DNA of 64,000 bases, taken from the NCBI GenBank assembly GCA_005222975.1, contig NJBI01000003.1:1-64000 (forward strand). Reading direction: 5' to 3'. The position numbers and the translations under genes are program-made. Below are positions 59,075 through 64,000 of the stretch, piece after piece (the stretch's first letter is position 1; each line of letters begins with the position of its first letter). This stretch comes from Promethearchaeota archaeon Loki_b31 (GTDB taxonomy: Archaea; Asgardarchaeota; Lokiarchaeia; Sigyniarchaeales; SOKP01). The notes below the pieces were generated by a model that saw only the letters and a list, made by a program, of their open reading frames with translations, was not told the origin of the DNA and made no database searches.

Positions 59075-59108
59075 TTACTCTAAAGAGATTGAACCTTAAA
59101 AATAAAAA
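59075..59108. repeat. 34-bp direct repeat, copy 2
   Basis: TTACTCTAAAGAGATTGAACCTTAAAAATAAAAA. Confidence 0.9.
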
Positions 59109-59127
59109 AAGAAAATTTAGACTAAAT

Positions 59128-60492
59128 TCACTTCAATTTTCTCAATCGTTCTTCATGAAGTACTTTTAACTTCTCTTGCTGCTCAGTGAATCTTTTGTAA
59201 TTTAGGGGAAAGAATTTAAAAATTATTAGCCCAATTAATAGACCAATAGCAGGAACAATTGACATTGAAAGTCTTAACCCAATTATTGCTTCAGATGTTT
59301 GAGTTTCTAATTGAGGATCAAATCCGCTAATTAACTGAACAAGTATTAAGGCTAAAGCAGAAAGAATCATTGATAATCTAGCAATAAAGGCTCCAATTCC
59401 ACCATATGTTGCTTCTCGTCTTTTTCCTGTCTTTATTTCATCATAATCAATTGCCGCGGAAATTACTGGTTCAGTCATTAATACTCCACTAATTCCCATT
59501 CCAGGAAAAAGTCCAATAATTGTTAAACTAATAAAATCTTCTGCTAGAAAGAGTGGTACCATACCAATACAAAATATGATCATTGAGAGAGTTAAGCCAA
59601 ACTTTGGCCCTTTTTTTCCATAAATTTTCCACCATAATGGGATGCCACCAAGAATTCCTAATGCTACTCCAATCATCGCAAAACCTTCCATTCCCTCCTC
59701 CATATTTAGAATAAATTTTGCATAAAGAGGAAGAATCATTAAAGTAAAACCAAAACAAAAATCAAGCATTGCGTATGTAATTGATCCAATTAAAAATGGT
59801 TTGTTCGAAAAACATTCTTTAAATGCCTTAAATATAGGTGATGGTTCATCTATTTGAAATTCTTTCCTCTCTTTTGTTCCTAGGAGAGAGAGATACATTG
59901 TAATTGGAATAGTAACCCCCATAATAACTCCCGCCATTGCCCAACTACCTAGTGCAACAGCGATCATTGAAGGAATCATGACTCCAATCATTGACGATAA
60001 AAATGCAATCGTATCGTTTATAGCTACTACTGAAGCTCTTTCCATCTCATCTTCATACATTTCCGTATATAAAGCGCTCCAAGCGGTTATAACTATTGTA
60101 AATCCCGTATCGAATAAAAACAGCATTAACAAACCGTGAAGAAAGACTAAACCCGTATCAGAATATGGGACCCACCACAGTACCATAAAACCTATCGTCA
60201 TTGGAATTGTTCCATAGATAATCCATGGTACCCGACGCCCTCGTTTTGGCTTCAATTTATCCATATAGTAGCCAATTAAAGGGTCGTTGATAGCATTCCA
60301 TATTCCATAGAACATGAGTAGAAGACCAAATTGAATAAGGGAAAGTCCAGCGTATATAGTATAAAAAGTTAATAACCAAGAACCGATCATGTTGTATGGA
60401 AGGGCAGAGGGTACTGCGCCTAATGAATACAGTAAATGTCCTAATCGCGAATGTATTTTATTTCCATCAGATTTTTTAACAGATTCCGTCAT
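59128..60492 (-). CDS. MFS transporter, GPH family
   Basis: WNAINDPLIGY..D...GRR.PW, IDYDEIKTGKRREA.Y.G. Confidence 0.9.
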   Translation of the reverse strand: MTESVKKSDGNKIHSRLGHLLYSLGAVPSALPYNMIGSWLLTFYTIYAGLSLIQFGLLLMFYGIWNAINDPLIGYYMDKLKPKRGRRVPWIIYGTIPMTIGFMVLWWVPYSDTGLVFLHGLLMLFLFDTGFTIVITAWSALYTEMYEDEMERASVVAINDTIAFLSSMIGVMIPSMIAVALGSWAMAGVIMGVTIPITMYLSLLGTKERKEFQIDEPSPIFKAFKECFSNKPFLIGSITYAMLDFCFGFTLMILPLYAKFILNMEEGMEGFAMIGVALGILGGIPLWWKIYGKKGPKFGLTLSMIIFCIGMVPLFLAEDFISLTIIGLFPGMGISGVLMTEPVISAAIDYDEIKTGKRREATYGGIGAFIARLSMILSALALILVQLISGFDPQLETQTSEAIIGLRLSMSIVPAIGLLIGLIIFKFFPLNYKRFTEQQEKLKVLHEERLRKLK

Positions 60493-60498
60493 TTTTAA

Positions 60499-62700
60499 TA
60501 GAGATTTTTCGTGTCAAAAATAAACATGTTTTTTTTGATTAATACTCTTTTTCCACAGCTCTTTTTAAGTACCCTTCCTAATTTGACTTGAATATTTTGA
60601 ATATTTATATATTAAAGGATTAAAATGATTATCGCTTAGAGCAGCATATCAAAAACTCTAAATACTCTATTTGATTACAATATATAAATGAATACAAGAA
60701 TAAAATAAAAGATATATTAGGTGAAAAGGAATATGGTTTATAAAATTATTAGGAATGGTAAGGTCTACATCGTACATGAAATAAATGACTATATTGACCA
60801 CCCCGTCCAGGAAACAATTGATTGTGAAACAAAGGAGGGAATGAACCGCTATAAAAAGTTATTTACCCCGAAGAGAAGGAAGAGGAAAAGCCAAAGATCG
60901 CCACAGCACCTAAGGACTCGACAAACAACGTTGGATGAGTTCTTTTCTTTCAATTGTTCTAACCCACATGAGGATGTCAAGGTCTTAACTCCTGCGGTTG
61001 AGCCACCAATATGTTCAGAAGAAGGCAGAGATCGAGACATTCTCTCGCTTCCAAAGAAGGAAATGATTATAAATCATGTTAAAAAGCTTAAGGCAGACCA
61101 TCAATCATTTGGGCACAGTCGCATTAAAAAAGAGTTACCTGAGTATATGGAGTGTTCCGAAGCTACTATCAGCCGTATCTTACGCGAACATCAGCTCCAA
61201 AACCCGCCCAAACGATTGGCATCAGAAGTTAAAATAGGTATTTGGTGTCCTTCTTTAGCTTCTCATACCGGAGAAAGTTTTTCACTGGAATGTGATGCCA
61301 AAAATGGCATGATTTTAATTTTATTCCTATTTCAACAAATATTGGAGCCATTAATTAAACCTTTTCTAACAGAGAAAGAGATAAAACACGTCCTTGCGTA
61401 TAGTTTAGGGATGCTCTCTGAGAAACCCGTTTATCAGTGCTTGGAGGTAATCCCTCCAAGAATAATGGAGCTCCTTGAATTTGATAAGGTGATAAAGTTA
61501 AAGAATATCCCTGCAATATTAAAAACCTTAGGTTCTCACAAAGATGGCATTACTTCAGAGAAAATTCGCAATAGTAAACCAAATAAGCTGGCACTGGACG
61601 AAAAAGTAATAGAACGGTATTCTAAAAAAGCGCACATTGACACGCACGACGACACCTGTCAAGCAGGATACTTTTATTGTTCGCGGAGGAATAAGAGCGT
61701 GCTGGCGGAGTCTATAGAAGTAATAGCAGATATTAGTCAAGAAGGGATTGCATTACCGCTATATTTTACATTTACTCCGCATTCGCTCACCAAAAAGGAA
61801 CAAGCCATGTTAGCAGAACGCGATATACCTCAGCAATCAGGAACACATCTCGCTTCTCTTGATACCAAAAATAATTCAAGCCTTTCCAAACCTGCTAAAG
61901 GTAAAAGGGCAAAGACGGTGTTTTTGTTATTGGATGTTATTTCAAGCACCATTGGGCAACTACCGCTACGTTTTGACAATAATTACGCACAGAAAGAGTC
62001 CATCCAGCGCCTTCAAGCCGAAAACTGGTCATTTATCGGGCATGGTAAGTCTAATTTAATCGTTGGGAAGTCGTTAAAAAAGCGGATGAAAAAGGAGAAA
62101 TTAAAATACGCCTGCGAATCGATTGACTCCGCTGATCATGGCGGATCTATTAATGTGGTGGGTTATCAAAAAAATGGGCGGGTACATCTTTATCTGACCA
62201 ATGAAACCGATCACGAGTCCACCAAGTCCATTATTGAAGAATATAGACATCGTTGGCGTCTCGAAAATACATTTAAATGGACCCCCTCCATTACACTATT
62301 GAGCGGAAGTGATCCGATAGTTCATATAGGGCAATTAATTATTGCCTTGTACTTCCTATCCTATCTCGTCCATTATTTCCGCGCCGCCACTCCCACCATT
62401 GTCTCTCTACTTGAACATCCTGCGAGCGTGCACTACGAAAATAACATTTTAATCATCACATTTCCCAAGATCCGCAAGTATTTTTGGAATAAATTGGTTA
62501 ATCTTCAGCAAAAGCTGCATGAAACCCATTTTTCTTGCGTTCAAATTAGTTACGAGAATAAAGGACGATAAATTTTTCTTTTTCATGATATTGATTAATT
62601 TCCTCGGTGAAGATACCCTTCCCTCCAACATTTCTTGTTAACGAAGAAGCGATTTCAAGATTTAAAAAGTTTTAAATATTTTTGACACGAAAAATCTCTA
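60499..62700 (+). mobile_element. Insertion sequence, 2202 bp, with perfect 24-bp TIRs and a TTAA target-site duplication
   Basis: TAGAGATTTTTCGTGTCAAAAATA at 60499-60522 and its reverse complement at 62677-62700. TTAA at 60495-60498 and 62701-62704. Confidence 0.92.
60721..62571 (+). CDS. DDE transposase (IS4 superfamily-like)
   Basis: LALDEK, RFDNNY, YLTNE, YRHRWRLENTFK. N-terminal HTH FGHSRIKKEL...SEATISRILREH. Confidence 0.88.
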   Translation: MKRNMVYKIIRNGKVYIVHEINDYIDHPVQETIDCETKEGMNRYKKLFTPKRRKRKSQRSPQHLRTRQTTLDEFFSFNCSNPHEDVKVLTPAVEPPICSEEGRDRDILSLPKKEMIINHVKKLKADHQSFGHSRIKKELPEYMECSEATISRILREHQLQNPPKRLASEVKIGIWCPSLASHTGESFSLECDAKNGMILILFLFQQILEPLIKPFLTEKEIKHVLAYSLGMLSEKPVYQCLEVIPPRIMELLEFDKVIKLKNIPAILKTLGSHKDGITSEKIRNSKPNKLALDEKVIERYSKKAHIDTHDDTCQAGYFYCSRRNKSVLAESIEVIADISQEGIALPLYFTFTPHSLTKKEQAMLAERDIPQQSGTHLASLDTKNNSSLSKPAKGKRAKTVFLLLDVISSTIGQLPLRFDNNYAQKESIQRLQAENWSFIGHGKSNLIVGKSLKKRMKKEKLKYACESIDSADHGGSINVVGYQKNGRVHLYLTNETDHESTKSIIEEYRHRWRLENTFKWTPSITLLSGSDPIVHIGQLIIALYFLSYLVHYFRAATPTIVSLLEHPASVHYENNILIITFPKIRKYFWNKLVNLQQKLHETHFSCVQISYENKGR

Positions 62701-62830
62701 TTAATAATTCACATATAAATAAAATTTTTAAAAATCAATTTTTAATTAATATTTTGTTATTCAGTCTTTTAATATTTACATTTTAATGTAATAATATCTA
62801 ATAAAAAAGCTTACGAGTACGAAGTTAAAC

Positions 62831-64000
62831 TTATTTATCATCTTCAACTATTTCTAAACCTAAAATTTTCGCTCCGTTTATGAAATCTTCCTTCCAATCC
62901 CCTATGAAAGTTACCCTATGCCATCCAAATGCGTCCCAATCATAGTTTTCCATAATCTTTTCAACATCGCTCTCAACTAACATTTTAGAAACGCAGCCTT
63001 TTTCATCCACTATATTATCTATTATTTTTCCCGTACGGATTGAGATTTTTTTTTCAAAAACGCTGATTTTAATAGTCGTTACTGGTTTCCCTATTGGAAA
63101 TTTAACGCGAGGTGAGGCACCTAAAAAATGAGTTTCACCATGGTATACGATATCATAAGGCGCTTGTGGACCCTCTGGACCTTGTAAATTACATGGAGCT
63201 ACACAATGCATATACGTGATTTGATTTTTTTTGATATCAAAAGTGTGGTTGGACACATATCCCGGTCTACCAGTTAAGTACAGGCCAAAAAGAAAGCTTA
63301 TGGTCGAATCCATGTCGGACTCACATATGCCGTATTTTCCTTCGTTACTTAATTCGAAAAAAGCCATGCAAGGATAAGCGGGAAACGCGCCGCACAACAA
63401 GAATGTGCCACAATCGGGAGTAAAAATGTCAATGTCTTTATCTTTCAAGATATTTTTAAAAGCTAGATATAGTTTTGCGGAATTTAAAATGGTTTTTTCC
63501 GTGGGTTCTACTAAAGAAGCATTTTCCATCCATTTTTGAGCGATCTTTTTTGCTTGGTCCGTGTTAACCTCATTATAATATTTGAGAATCTCCTCTGGAT
63601 CTCCTCTAATCATTTCTATATCGAATACATTTTTTAAAATTTCTTTATAGAGCGCTTCATCCTTTCTCCACTGGTGTGCTTGATCAAGACCAACTGTATC
63701 GGTATAAAATTCAAATTCCTCATCGTTACTCATTTTACCTACTTGATCCAAAAACTCTGGATGATTTTTAGCTATTCGCATCCGTTCGGGATTAAACAAC
63801 CCTAATATAACCTCCCAGTTCATTTTGATGACGTCCTTAGCGTAAACCAAGACACTTTTTCCTCTCAAACGCACGAGATTAAACATATTCCCAAACATCC
63901 TGTCAAAATCTTCTAAATTTTTTGAAGATAAAATAGATAGTTGATAATTCTTGTCTTTAACACTTGAGAATATTTTTGTGAATGTATGGTCTCCAGCATA
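62831..64000 (-). CDS. L-fucose/arabinose isomerase-like protein; 5' end lies outside the window
   Basis: Frame open to the window edge. PCMAF..L...G...ICESD, HC..P, GWHRVTFIGD. Confidence 0.7.
   Translation of the reverse strand, partial: YAGDHTFTKIFSSVKDKNYQLSILSSKNLEDFDRMFGNMFNLVRLRGKSVLVYAKDVIKMNWEVILGLFNPERMRIAKNHPEFLDQVGKMSNDEEFEFYTDTVGLDQAHQWRKDEALYKEILKNVFDIEMIRGDPEEILKYYNEVNTDQAKKIAQKWMENASLVEPTEKTILNSAKLYLAFKNILKDKDIDIFTPDCGTFLLCGAFPAYPCMAFFELSNEGKYGICESDMDSTISFLFGLYLTGRPGYVSNHTFDIKKNQITYMHCVAPCNLQGPEGPQAPYDIVYHGETHFLGASPRVKFPIGKPVTTIKISVFEKKISIRTGKIIDNIVDEKGCVSKMLVESDVEKIMENYDWDAFGWHRVTFIGDWKEDFINGAKILGLEIVEDDK

Noticed and set aside
58241-59108. 34-bp repeats as a CRISPR array or tRNA gene
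   Set aside because: Only two copies about 800 bp apart, no cas genes, and no cloverleaf or acceptor stem.

Overview
AT-rich archaeal DNA, most likely from an Asgard archaeon (Lokiarchaeia-like). The evidence is an archaeal-type LeuRS, BRE/TATA promoters, GGTGA/GGAGG ribosome-binding sites, two Rab-like small GTPases and two longin-like domains. The window holds: (1) an ~8.7 kb putative defence island (548-9296) between two diverged copies of the 3' end of an acetoacetate-CoA ligase gene; (2) fatty-acid/CoA, redox and B12-related metabolic genes; (3) leuS preceded by a probably leaderless 28-codon Leu-rich uORF and alternative RNA hairpins, which looks like ribosome-mediated attenuation; (4) a GTPase/TPR/longin block separating an SCP2-type thiolase from a DUF35 gene; (5) a 2-oxoacid:ferredoxin oxidoreductase operon with a circularly permuted beta subunit; (6) a UroD/MtaA-family, MFS and GH172 region; (7) two RelE/ParE toxin-antitoxin modules; and (8) a 2.2 kb IS with 24-bp TIRs, a TTAA duplication and piggyBac-like catalytic motifs. 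I recognised no rRNA, tRNA or CRISPR array. All family calls come from motif recognition by eye; no searches were run.
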